DNA from: Trueperaceae bacterium
GTDB lineage: Bacteria > Deinococcota > Deinococci > Deinococcales > Trueperaceae
Length of the DNA stretch: 64,000 nucleotides
NCBI GenBank assembly: GCA_034521815.1
Contig: JAXHLW010000013.1
Span: forward strand, 1,408,001-1,472,000
Direction of reading: 5' to 3'
A model generated the notes under the pieces. That model was not told where the DNA came from, searched no databases, and worked only from the letters and a program-made list of their open reading frames with translations. Made by a program: the position numbers and the translations under genes. Below, in pieces: positions 32,949-45,710 of the stretch. The first letter of the stretch is position 1. Each line of letters opens with the position of its first letter.

Positions 32949-33039
32949 GGAGGGGTGTCCGAGTGGTTGAAGGAGCGCGCCTGGAAAGCGCGTATACGGG
33001 TCTCCCGTATCGAGGGTTCGAATCCCTCTCCCTCCGCCA
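32949..33039 (+). tRNA. tRNA-Ser (GGA)
   Basis: GGAGGGG/TCCCTCC acceptor stem, anticodon arm CGCGC-ctGGAaa-GCGCG, long variable arm, GGTTCGAATCC, encoded CCA. Confidence 0.97.
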
Positions 33040-33053
33040 GCGACGCAAGAATC

Positions 33054-33075
33054 GCCCCGCATCGACTGCGGGGGC
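33054..33075 (+). terminator. Hairpin downstream of the tRNA
   Basis: CCCCGCA-tcgac-TGCGGGG. Confidence 0.55.
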
Positions 33076-33949
33076 GGCTCTCTGTGGGGCGGTTGACAAC
33101 AGTTTGACAACAACGGGATCCGCCGGAAGGGGTAAGTGGTGACGGTCGAGGGCCTGCTGACCAGGTGCCGCTTCGCTTTAGGTTGGCCGGAAGAACCACG
33201 GCTTCATCGATGGCATCAAGCGGACGGCCCCGGATCCCCGCCGAGGAGACCCTGTCCTGGAAATGGATACGAGCCGAACTGGACACAAGAGTCGCGCGTG
33301 CTTGCAATCGAGCCTCGAGTGGTGCGGGCTGTCCCCGACCAAGAGGGACTCCGCCATGCGCTGGCGTTCGGCTACGGCTTCGATCCCGCAGAAGCATCGC
33401 ATTCCCTGAGCGACGTATTGGCATGTTCCGCTGACGCGGCTGACTCGCTGAGGCGCAATAGCTCCGTGACGTCGACGGCTGCGGCGGCGCGTTCGTGTTC
33501 GCAAGCCTGCCTCGCCTACACCGCGAGGCGGGCGCCTACCTCCACTGGTGCTGGCGGGGCCGGCCCGCCCTCTGTGGGAGGCCCGTAACGCGGGCAGCGC
33601 ACGAGTCGACACGGCTGATCTGCGTATCCGGAAGCAGATGCCGAGCGTGCTCGACGCGTCGAGCCACATGCAGGGCGTGTCACGCCGCGTTCCGAAGCAG
33701 AAGCCGAATCCGTCGACCAAGACGCGCGACCGCCGCGCAATCGCGATCGTTGCGCGACGAGAGCGACCGGGCGCTCCGTACTCGGTGCGTTGGGACATTC
33801 GTCCGGAACAACGGACGTACATTCATCTCGATCGTTCACCGTTCAGTCGGGGAGACATTCCGGAGCGATGACCCCGCGTGCTCGAATCTGGGCGCTTGAG
33901 CCGGGGCGAGCGTAGTAGCGCAACCCACGGAAAGCGGGTCGATATTCCC

Positions 33950-35348
33950 ATGACGCCGATCGATCGTCGCCGGTTCCTCCGACTGATGGCAGGCACCGTC
34001 GGTGGCACCCTCGTGAGCTCCAGCCTGGTGGGCTGCGGCATCGGTACGGAGCCGCCCGGCGGCGACGGGCCGTTCCCGGTCCTGCCCAGCGGCTACCGTT
34101 TCTATCGCGTGAAGACGACCGGCGAGACGCTGGGCGCAGGGTCGAGGTCGCTGACGCTGGACTACCTGTACGGCGGCGTCCACCTCGCGTCGAACGGGAT
34201 CCTCACCGTCGAGGGGCGCGACGCCGCGAGGCAGGGCGGGATCTTCCAGATGGGGCTCGACCTTGACGCCCAGCAGCCCCGCGTCGACTGGGAACGCACC
34301 GCGCTGCTGGTCGGCGACACGCTACGTGACGGCCGGGTCGTCTCGACGTACGAGTCGTACGACGTGGACGACATCGGCTCGATCGCTGCGGTACTGGAGG
34401 CGGACGGTAGCGACGCGGCGCGCCATTACGGCGGCGGCCTCTATCTGGATCGGTACCAGGGCGGGTTCGAGCCGCTACTGATCGCTGGCCAGACCTTCGC
34501 CGGCGGCGAGCTGTACGCTACCGGGATCCTTGGCGACGTCGACGTGCACACCGGGCACGACGTGCTGTTGGTAGCGCACCACGAACGCAGCAGCGAGACC
34601 GAGCACGCCCCCGTGCACAGCATCGTTCACCTGCCCGGCGCCTCGCTGAACGAGGGCGTTTCGCTGGTCACCTCCGGCGAGCTCGTCGACGGCACGGATC
34701 ACGTTCTGAGCGACATCGGACTGATCGACCTGCACGATCAGGGAGCGTACGCCTACCAGGGTCGCACCACCGCGATCGACGAGGGCGCAGGGCCTCTGGC
34801 CACAAGCGCGTTGGCGGAACGCCACGCGATCCTCACCGGAAACGTGACCGCGCCCCAGGAGACACGGCTTCTCACGAGCACGTCCAGCACCCTCCTGACG
34901 GGCGAACTGGACGGCGACGTCCACTACGGTCCACGCGTCGGACCCACCGGCCAGGTGGCCTCGATCGTCGACCTGGGCGACGAGCGTGAGGCACTTCTGC
35001 TCGACGGCGCCCAGCGTACTGCGCTCCGGCGACGCGGGCCCGCACCACGGCACCATCCTCGGCTTCGGTCCAGGGTCGATCGGCCAGGACGGCGCGCTGT
35101 ACTACATGCTGTTCTGGAGGCCGACCGGGCACACGTCGGCGCCGGTCGTGCAGTCGCTCATGGCGTTCGATGGACGTGACCACCGCACACTGCTTTCGAC
35201 GGGTCACGGCCTGGCCGACGGCGGGCCGAACGTCCGCTCGATCCTGTTCGGTACCTCGACCGAGCATGTGAACGCGCACCACCACATCGTGCTCCTGTGC
35301 GACTTCGACGACGATTCGATGTCCGTCGTGGTCGGAATGCCGGTCTGA
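33950..35348 (+). CDS. Tat-exported lipoprotein with 7 beta-propeller-like repeats (frameshift near 35010)
   Basis: DRRRFLRL twin-arginine signal plus lipobox LVGC; recurring L..G[DEQ].L and [VIL]xxxG motifs. Confidence 0.75.
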
Positions 35349-35362
35349 GAGGTCGTTGGACG

Positions 35363-36536
35363 ATGTCCGATACGCTCGCTATCCGCCGAACCCTCCTCGC
35401 GACGTCCGACCCGGTCACGATCGGCGACGGGATCCCGCTCTTCCCCGAAATCGGGATGATCGACGCGGGCTTTTCGGTCGGCTCGAACCTTTGGGACACC
35501 ACCATCCACGCATCCGGCTTCACGATCGGCACGCGGGCCGCCATCACGCTCGAAGGGGGCGTGCTGGGGCCCAGCTACGGCGGACGCATGATGATCGACT
35601 CCGGGTCGATCGATCCGACCTCGGGGACCATGGCGCTGACCGTGCTGGACGACGAGTACCTCGCCGGAATGGTGATCGGGGTGGTTGGCCGCCTGGAGTT
35701 CCACGTCGACATCCGCACCCGCTGGGGTCACTTCGTACGGCATGGATGGCACGTCAAGTGGGAGTCGTACTGGAAGACGTGGCTGAACAAGACGACCGGC
35801 GCCGAGTTCGACCTGATCCCGCTGGTGATCAACCTGACGCTGCTGGTCGCCAGCAAGATCCCCGCGCTGAAGAAGATCGTCGCCTTCATTCCACGTGGCC
35901 TGCTGGACGGATTGCGCGACCGAAAGGCCGGGGCGGACGCTCTGATGGCGGGCGGCGGGACAGCGACGATGACCCCGCACATGGTCGGACGTCTGGACAT
36001 GGTTCAGATCGGCAAGGTCCTCGCCGAAGACCGCGCCCGAGGTCATCCAACCCGAAGTGGCTCCGGCGGTCGAGTTCGCGTCCGAGGTCGACGACCTCTC
36101 CAAGGAGGTCAAGCCGATCGTCAAGACCGGTCCGATCTTCGGACTGGACTTTCCGGTGAAGGTCACGATGAAGCGCCTGGTCGCGATCGGCGCGGACGGC
36201 ACCGCGGCCCGCTTCGGCGATCTCTCCTTCGGCCCCGACGCCGCCGACGTCTCGGGAACGATCATGGCGGGCGACACGCTGCCCAGCGACGTCGCGGACG
36301 TCGGCGTCGAGATGACCCACGTCACCGGATTGGACCTCACCGTCGGCTGGTTCATCGCGGTTCAGTGGTCGAAGCTGTTCAAGAAGTCCAAGTCGAAGGA
36401 CGAGCGGCTGCTGTCGAGCCTGGGGATCGATCCCACCTTCCTGTCGACCGAGTACAACTACCGCTACGCCAACGCCAACGGCGCGACCGGCGACGGGGGC
36501 GTGTCGCTGCACTACCTGGGCGAGTGGGAAGCGTGA
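35363..36536 (+). CDS. Hypothetical beta-rich protein, no signal peptide (frameshift near 36030)
   Basis: GAGG RBS; coding-like codon bias in two joined frames; GTGA overlap with the next gene. Confidence 0.7.
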
Positions 36537-37800
36537 CCCACGCGGCGGCCGCGAGCACGCCGACGGATCGCGTGAACGTCGTGATCCGGACGGGCGACGA
36601 CCTCGCGGCCGCCCTTCGCCATCCCGAGCCTCGCGTCCGCGTCGCGGTGCTGCGCGACGTCGCCTCCGATCCGGAGCGCCTGGCGCGCTACGGCGGGGCG
36701 GCCGGTCGCGACCTGGTCGGCGAGCTCCTGCTCCTCTGCCGCGAGTCGGCGGGCAGCGCCGACCGGGTCGGGTACGCGTACGCGCTGCTGCAGCTGGACG
36801 ATCCGCGCGTGACGACCTTCGCGAAGCACGAGTTCGTGCACGGCGACCACGCCAAGCTGGCGCTGGTCGCCGCCGCCCGGCTGGCCACGCTGCCCGCCCA
36901 CGAGCGTGTCGCGACACTGGCCCCCGTGATCACCGGCCGGTACGGCCCCACGCGACAGCGCGGAGCCGCCAACCTTTTGGCCGACGTTCCCGATCTCGAA
37001 CCGGCCGTCGCGCTGCGCGTCGCCCTGCTGACCGACCATCCGGTCGCGCCGCCTCCCCTGACCACGAGTACGTTGGGTGCGTGGCTGACCGAGCTCGACG
37101 GCGACAGGCCCGCCGGCGCGCGCGCCGCCCTGCGCAGAGGCGGCCCCACGGGCCTCCTGACCCTGCTGCGGCATTGGGAGACGCTGCCGGAGACGCTGCG
37201 AGCGTGGACGCTCCGGTGGGCGGACGAAGGCGCTCAGCAGCGACGCCGAGCCGCGGACCGAGCTGGATCGTCTCGTCGTTCCCGCGCTCGTCGCTGCGCT
37301 GACCTCGTTCGGTGACGCCCTGCCTGGTCGATGCGATGCGCCTCGCCGGCAAGCTGCTTCGGGACGACACGACGGGCTCACGGCTCGACCTGACGCGCGC
37401 CGTCCGCGCGCTGGACCGGCATCCCGACGACGTGGTCCGTGGCCTGGCGCTGACCACCGGGGACGGCGCCCCGGACCCGCTGGACGCGCTGAACACCGAG
37501 ACGGCCGAGGCGGTGCGGCTGCGCCTATTCGGGCGGTTGCAGTCCGATCCCAGGCCCGAGGCTCAGGAGCGACTCGAAGCCGCGCTTCGGGACGGCGGCT
37601 GGAGGATCCGTGTGATCGCGGCGTCGGCGCTGGCTTGGCAGGTCCGCGCTTCCGAGGCGGACGCCGCGGCACCGGGCGCGTGGCGCGGCGCGCTGGACGT
37701 GCTGCGGGCGGCGTTCGCCGGCCAGCACGAACACGCCCGTATCGCAGCCGGACGAGCCCTGTTCGGAGCTCGACGACCGAAAAGGCCTCGAGGCAGGATC
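36533..37800 (+). CDS. HEAT/PBS-lyase-like repeat protein (frameshifted, end approximate)
   Basis: ALRHPEPRVRVAVL, LDRHPDDVVRGLA, ALRDGGWRIRVIAASAL, HEHARIAAGRAL. Confidence 0.65.
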
Positions 37801-37857
37801 GTGGCCCAGCACGCAATATGGCTCGCGGCCAAATGGCCCGTATTCAGGAGGCAAGAC

Positions 37858-40800
37858 ATGACGAGAGCGACTGTTGTTGACCTTTGTGGCGATCGCGGGA
37901 TTGCTCGCGGCCTGCTCGAGCCCAGATTCGGGTTCGAACGCCACCATTCCAGACCCGGACGCATCCACGATCGCGGGGCCGGCTTCGAACGAAGCAACGA
38001 TGGGCCAGGCCTTCACGGTTTCTGCCCAAGCACGCGACGCTTTGGGGACCCGGTCCGCGAAGCCGGCCGATCCGTGACGTTCGTCGCGTCGTCCGGAGTC
38101 GTGAGCGAGGACGATACGCAATCCGGCGCGGGGTCCACGTTGACCGTGTTTACCAACGCTGAGGGCGTCGCTACGGTCGTCGTCACGCCGACGGAGCTCG
38201 GCGCGATGACCGTCACCGCGTATTTCGGTTCCGACGCGTCGGGTGAGCCTCTCGGATCGATCGAGGTCGAGATCGAGGCGCACACCGCCGATCCTGGGGA
38301 AGTCCCAGCTGGAGGGACCGTCGCCCGATTCGTCGGTATCGGTCGATGCTCCCGTTCGACGTGTCGGTCCAGTTGCGCGACGAGGACGGCGAAGTGCTTG
38401 CGGAGGCCGGGCGTTCCGTGACGTTCGCCACCACGCTTCCTGCTGGTATCGCGGTGTTGGACACGTCCGGCTCGTACGCTTCGGAAGAAACCGTGGAAAC
38501 CGACGAAGAGGGCGTAGCGCGCGCCCGCATCACCCCGCTGGAAGTCGGCACCATCCGCGTGCACGCGTTCATCGGTACCGGGACCGAACCGGAGAACGAG
38601 ATCGGACGCATCACGCTGTATGCTGCAGCGTCGGTCGTGGAGATTCTCAGCGAGCAGTTGCTGCGAACCTACGACGGGACAGCGCACGAGATCGTGCCTC
38701 GATTCAAGCCCACCGTCCGCCGAAGAGGGGTCCGACATCGAGTACGCCCTTGACGGGGACGTGCTGGACGGACCGCCGATCGCTGCCGGAAGCTACGACG
38801 TGACCGTGACGGCCGGTGCCGGCTTCGATGTCACCGTGACGCGCACGTTGGTCGTCGAGCCGCGCGATCTGGGAGTCACGAACGTCCAATGGGCCGATCG
38901 AACCTACGACGGCACGACCGACGCCATCGCAACCGATGCCGGCCTCGATCCGTCCAACCTCGTCGATGGAGACGACGTTGCGCTCACCACGCCTCTCGTG
39001 GGCGCGTTCGCTGCGAGCGACGTAGGCGATCACGCCGTCTCCGCCAGCTTCGAGCTCGAGGGAGATGACGCGAGCAACTACGCGCTGGTGGCGCCTGCGG
39101 CCGGGAGCGCGACGATCACGGCTAGGCAGCTCACGCTGGCGGACGCGACCGTCGAAACGCGCATCTACGACGCGACCGACGTCGCGACCGTCAACGGAAC
39201 CCTGCAGGGCGTTGTTAATGGCGACGACGTCGCTGCCGAGGGTAGCTTCGAGGACGTCGATGCCGGCACGGACGTTCCCGTGTCGACCACGCTCACGGGA
39301 CCCGATGCGGGAAACTACGTTCTCAGCAGGCTGCAGGCCTGGTCGGGACGATCCAGCCCGCGACGCTGACGATCACGCCGGAACCTGATCAGGTCAAGGA
39401 AATCGGTGACGCGGATCCCACGTTCACGTTCGAGGCGAGCGGCTTCGTCGGAAGCGACGACGACTCCCTGTTCAGCGGTGCCCTGTCGCGCGAAGCGGGC
39501 GCGTCGACCGGTACGTACCCCTATACGCTCGGCGACCTGGCGGCGGACCGAACTACACGCGTGTCGCTCGACGAGGATGCGCCGACGTTCCGGCATCCTC
39601 GCTGGCGTCGTCAGCGATCGAACCGGATGCCGCCCAGCAGAAGACGTACGGTGCGGAAGATCCCGCGTTCACACTCACGGCGTCCGGGTTCGTGGACGGC
39701 GATGACGTGTCGATCTTGACCGGCTCGCTGGGTCGTGAGGCAGGTCAGGACGTCGGGACGTACGCGTTCACGCTCGGTGACCTGTCGGCGGGAAGCGACT
39801 ATGTGCTCGAGCTGTCCGCGACCGCAGCGACGTTCGCGATCGAGCCGGCTCCCCTAGCCATTGCGCCCGATGCCGGACAGTCGAAGCTGGTCGGCGACGA
39901 TGATCCGACGATCACGTACGTCGCGTCCGGGTTCCAACTGGACGACGACGACGCGATCCTGTCGGGTGACCTCGGTCGCGAGGCGGGCGAGGACGTCGGT
40001 TCGTACGCTTACACGCTCGGCAGCCTCGATGCGGGAGCGAACTACGAGCTCGTTCTCGCCGACGACGAACAGTTCGAGATCACGAGCGTCACGCTCGACG
40101 ACGACACCGTCGAGTACGACGGCACGACGCACGAGCTCGAGGCGAGCTTCATGCCGCCGGAAGCCGCGGACGGCGCGACGTACGAGTACGTCGATGCGTC
40201 CAGCGGAAATCCGCTCGCCGGGTGCGCCGGGCGACGCGGGCACGTACCTCGTGACGGTCACCGCCGGTTCGGGCTACGCCGGTACTGCAACCGCCAACCT
40301 GACGATCGAGCCGCGTGACCTGAACGTCACGAACGTCGAGTTCGCCGACAAGGAGTACGACGCCGGTACCGGTGCGACGCTGAGCGCGACGCTGGTCACC
40401 ACGAACGTCGTGTCGGGCGACGACGTGCAGCTGGTCGAGCGGCTGGTCGGACGCTTCGCGTCCCCGGCCGTGGGCACCCACGAGGTCGTGGGCGACATCG
40501 AGCTCGAAGGCGCGGACGCCGGCAACTACCGCATCGATCCGCAGCCGACCGGTACGGCAGAGATCACGCTTCGCACGGTGACGCTCACGGGCGCCGCGGC
40601 CGACGACAAGACCTACGACGGGGACCCCGTAGCGACCGTCACCGGAACGCTGACCGGCGTTCGATCGGCCGACGCCAGCGACATCGGTTCGGTCGCAGCG
40701 TTCGCGGCTTCCGACGTCGATGCCGACGTGCCGGTCTCCGTCGTCCTCACCGGCGCCGCGTCCGACAACTACGCGTTCGTCGACCCGAACCTGACCGCCT

Positions 40801-43800
40801 CGATCACCGCAGCGGCCCTCCACGATCACGATCGACGATCTCGCGGACAAGACGTACGGCGACGCTCTGGCGCTCGGTACGACCGAGACCGGCTTCACCG
40901 GTCACGAACCTGGCGGACGGCGAAACCGTCGACCTCGGTCGACCTGGCCAGCGACGCCGAAGCGGCAGAGGCGGGCGTCGGTACGTACGACGTGACCGGC
41001 TCGAACCCCGTCGGCAGCGGCGGCTTCGTCAGCGACCAACTACGACCTGACCTGGGTAGCCGGCACGACTCGAGGTCGTGGCGCGCCCCGTCACGATCAC
41101 CGCAGCCACGACCACGTGGACGTACGGCCACGCGCCCGAAGCGGGCGACCTGGCGCCGATCGTCGCGGCCGACAGCGACCCTTCCGGCGTTCGCCACCTT
41201 CACGGGCGACCTCGCACGACCGAACGACAACGCCGGAGCCGACGCGACCTTCGAGCGTGGCACGGTCGACGCCCTCGACATCAGCTCGACCTCGATCTGG
41301 ACGAACCTCGACGTGACGTTCGCGACGTACGTGGTCGAGGCGCGTGTCTTCGACCATCACGATCGACGATCTCGCGCGACAAGACGTACGGGCGACGCTC
41401 TGGCGCTCGCGTACGACCGAGACCGGCTTCACCGTCACGAACCTGGCGGACGGCGAAACCGTGACCTCGGTCGACCTGGCCAGCGACGCCGAAGCGGCAG
41501 AGGCGGGCGTCGGTACGTACGACGTGACCGGCTCGAACCCCGTCGGCAGCGGCGGCTTCGCAGCCACCAACTACGACCTGACATGGGCGGCCGGCGCGAT
41601 CGACGTGCTCGCCCGCGACCTGACGATCGGCGGTCAGCTTCGCCGTCGTCGAGAAGGCGTACGACGGCGGTACCTCGGCGCGACATCGCCGACCCCGCGA
41701 CGCTCGACCTCCTGAACACGGTCGACGGCGACGACGTCGCGCTCCAGCCCGTCGCCGCGTTCGACAACCCTGCGGTCGGTACCGACAAGCCCGTCACGCT
41801 CACCAGCGCGACCGGACTGGCGGGTACCGACGCCGACAACTACGCGCTGTCCCTCGATCGGCGCCCCGACGTCGATCGGCACGATCGTGAAGGACCAGAT
41901 CTCCTTCGACGTCACCATCGCCGGAACGGATGGACAGAAGACCGTCGTGTACGACGGTGGCACCACCTTCCAGCCCAACGTCGTCAGCAGCGTCGAACCC
42001 GTCCCGTCCAGCGATCCGGTCGCCTTCGTCCTCGAAATTCGCTACGGCGACGTCACCGGCCCGAGCCGCAGTTCGTTCGGTCCCGTCGGAACCTACTGGA
42101 TCCGCGTCACCGCGGACGATCCCCGCTACGAAGGCCAGACGATCATCGAGGACGTCGAGGTCCTGGCGCGCGAACTCGTGCTCGAGCCCACCGTGTCCGA
42201 ACGGATCTTCGGCGAACCGGATCCGGATCTCGCACCGCTCGTGGCCGGTAGTTCTCCGTTCGGCCTCGGAAGCGACGACGACTTCTCGGCCGGCGACGAC
42301 CTGAGCTACGCAGGCGCCGGCAACACGGAACTCGCGGTCGGCTCGTACCCGGTCGACCTGGGCGACGTCACCATCGTGCGCGGCGGCATCGACGTCACCA
42401 GCAACTACGCGATCACCTTCGCGACCGACTTCGAGGTCACCGCCCGCACGGTCACGATCACGCCCGACGCGGATCAGGCCAAGACCTACGGGGACGACGA
42501 CCCGATCTTCGGGTACGACGCCGCCAACCTGGTGGGTACCGACGCCGTCACCGGCGCCCTCGGACGCGACGTCGGCGAAGACGTCGGCAGTTACGCCTTC
42601 ACCCTCGGCGACCTGAGCGCGGGCAGCAATTACGAGCTGGTGCTCGCGAGCCGATCCAGCGACGTTCGCCGTCCAGGCTACGCCCGCTCACGCTTCACCG
42701 CCGCGACCACCGCGATGGTCTACGGGAGCGAAGGACACGACCTCACGGCGTCCATCGCAACGCGGCACGCTGCGGGAAGGCGACGTCGTCGACCGGTGCA
42801 CTCGACCTGCCCGAGACCGACGTCGGCACGCACGACTTCGGAGTCGGCACCGCCGCCCTCATGCGCGACGACGTCGACGTGACCGCAAACTACGACCTGT
42901 CCTTCGCCAGCTACGAGATCACCGCCCGCCCGGCCACCGTGGTTCCAGGCGCCGAGCAGGGCAAGGTCTACGGCGACGACGACCCGAGCCTCACCTTCAC
43001 GACCGAGAACCTGGTCGGCGAGGACGCGCTCGACGGCGACATGGGCCGCGACGACGGCGAAGACGTGGGCAGCTACGCCTTCACGCTCGGCACGCTCGCG
43101 AACCCGAACTACGATCTGTCGCTCGTTGCCGAACCGACCACGTTCGAGATCGAGCGCACGACCGCTGGAGCTTCACGCCGCCGAGGGTCAGAAGGAGTAC
43201 AGCGACGCGGATCCCGACCTGACGCCCGTCGATCGCTTCCGGCTCCCTCCGGGACGGCGACGCGCTCGACGGAGCGTTGGCGCACGACGGCGTGGACGCA
43301 GGAAGCGACTACCCGCTGAACCTCGGTTCGGTCGAGATCCTTCGCGACACCGTGAACGTGACCGGCAACTACACGCTCACCTTCGGAACGTTCACGATCG
43401 TGCCGAAGCCCGTGGTGTTCGACATCGCCAACAGCGACTTCGTCATCGACGACGGTGCTGCCTCGGCGCACGTGTTCCAGAGCGACGGATCGAGCGAGAT
43501 CCGCGGCCTCGAGGTCGACTCCGATCCGGCCGGCGTGAACTCGTTCGTCTTCAGCTACCGCCGCACCCACGACGAGAATCACGACCCCGTCCCCAGCGGA
43601 CAGCAGACCGTGCAGAACATCAACCTGCTGGGCAGCTACGTCGTCACCGTGACGGCCACCGATCCGAACTACGACGGCTCCGACGCCGATCGACGTGTGG
43701 GTGACCGATGCGAGCCAACTGGCGTTCACCGACGCCAGCGCCGACGAAGCGATCCTCGGCTTCGACGCGCCGCTCACGATCGAACTCCGCAACGCCTCCG

Positions 43801-45451
43801 GCGACGCTCGCTACGTGGGCACCGTCGCCCTCCAGGTCGCGCTCGAAGCGACCGGCACCGGCAGCGCGACCTTCCGTGACGCGGCCGACACGCAGGACGT
43901 CGTCAGCGTCGAACTCGCGTCCGGAACGTCGAGCGTCGACGTGCTGGATGCGTCCCGACCGAGTCCGGCGCCATGACGGTGACCGCCACGGCGAGCACCG
44001 ATCCTGTCGGCGCGTTCGACTGTGGGCAGTCATCCGTTCACCGGGCTCGAACCGACCCTCACCGCTCTCGACGACGGTCCGTACGACGTCGTCGAGGGGG
44101 GCAGCACGAGAATCGCGATCGCAGACCTGCTCGACAACGACACATGGACCGGAGCCTCGACCTGGGGCTTCGATGCGATCGTCTCGGCCTCGGGAGTGGA
44201 CGCCCTGGTCGATGGAGGCGACATCGTCGTGTCCGCCGATCCTGACACCGGAAACACGAGCGGTACCGTGACCTACCGGATCGCGAGCCACGGTACCGTA
44301 CGGAACGACGGCAGTGGCCGACGTCGCCGTCGACGTCACGCTCGCGCCGATCGACGCCATCCTCTTCACCGACACCGCCGAATTCAACGACTTCATCTCG
44401 AGCGAGTACACCCCCCCGACCTTCGAGCAGGTGCTGGCCAACTGGCCCGTGTTCGAAGGAGCGACCGTCTACGACAACGTCGCGAGCGCGGGAGGCAGCA
44501 CCTTCGCGAAGGATTGGGCGTACGACCCAGGCTCCGACAGCATCGTCCAGCCTGGCAACGCCTTGCCGCCCACGGGCCTCATCAGCGAGGAAGCGATCGA
44601 GTACTACGAGTTCGAAAGCGACTCTTGCCTCGTCGGACCCGGACAACAGGGACAATGACTCCATCGGTTTGGTCGTCGCGTACGACCTCGATACGAACAG
44701 CTACCTCGTCGCCGTAAGGGGTCAGAACGGTGGACCCAGCCTGGCTCCAGAGAGCGGATGGGGATTGTGGTACTTCGCGAACGGAACGCGGACCCAACTC
44801 CTCAACGACGTTTTTGCCGGTGCGACGTACGGAGAGTGGAACGAGTACGAAGCCCGCGTCTCCGTGCAACGTACGGGGAGCACCGTCCGACTTCGCACGA
44901 CGGAGTTCGCTCCATCCGGAACGGTGTTCGATGCGAGCGACTACGTTTCTGCCGAGCGAAATCACCATCGACCTCGACTCGGGCCTGATCGAGCGCAACG
45001 ACGGTGGTGGCGATGCGTTCGGAAATCTCAGCCGGTTCGCTGGCCCCAAGCCGTACGGTTACTGGACCTACAGCCAGCCGGACACGAAGTACCTCGACGT
45101 GACGTTCACGGGAGGCGTCGCCCGTGATACGGCGATCCTGTTGACCGATCCGGTGGTCGGCGAGGACGCATGGACCGGGAAGCGAAGTATGGCGCTTCGA
45201 CGCCGCCGCCAACGCTGGTGCCGGCGCCTGGAACCAGGACGGCGCCGCAACGATCCAGACCGAACTCGGCTCGCCGCCGCGCGGTCACGTCCGTAGCGGA
45301 ACCGGAAGTCGGCTCGTCGTACACCTCCTACGAGGTCAACGGCAAATCGTTCGTCGTCGAGGGCAGGCAGGACGGTCGCGACGACGCCATAACCTCGAGC
45401 GACGCCTGCGACATGCCTACGTTCCGTCTCCCTACCTGCATCGGCGGGTAG
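37858..45451 (+). CDS. Giant surface lipoprotein/adhesin (~2500 aa): Big-1-like Ig, YDG and MBG repeats, C-terminal lectin-like domain; many indels
   Basis: AGGAGG RBS; lipobox LAAC; TNAEGVA/TDEEGVA; repeated K/R.YDG, K.YGDDDP, GEDVGSYAFT, NY motifs across consecutive frames. Confidence 0.75.
40825..41587 (+). repeat. ~230-bp near-identical direct repeat (40825-41056 and 41356-41587)
   Basis: Copies align throughout and differ mostly by single-base indels. Confidence 0.92.
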
Positions 45452-45460
45452 GGAGACGTT

Positions 45461-45710
45461 CCCGCCGGGCGCCTGGAACCCATCACTCGGAGACGCTCGC
45501 AGATGTTGTAGCGCCCCGCACGGCAGTTGCGGCATACGCCGCACACCAGCGACGGCTCCAGCGCCGCCCTCGCGCCGATCCATGCGTCGTCGGCGTCATC
45601 GTCGACCGCCACCACCTCGGCGGCGATCTCGTGACCAGTAAAGACCGGGTAGTCGACGAACGGATGGTGGCCCGCCAGCACGTGCAGGTCGCTGCCACAG
45701 ATGCCGTTCG
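45461..45710 (-). pseudogene. Fragment of a zinc-dependent alcohol/polyol dehydrogenase
   Basis: GICGSDLH, GHE, CGVCRNCRAGRYNIC; no start codon and no Rossmann domain. Confidence 0.8.

Noticed and set aside
33136-33899. Short ORFs downstream of the tRNA as an integrase or other protein
   Set aside because: No recombinase motifs or consistent codon bias; treated as degenerate DNA
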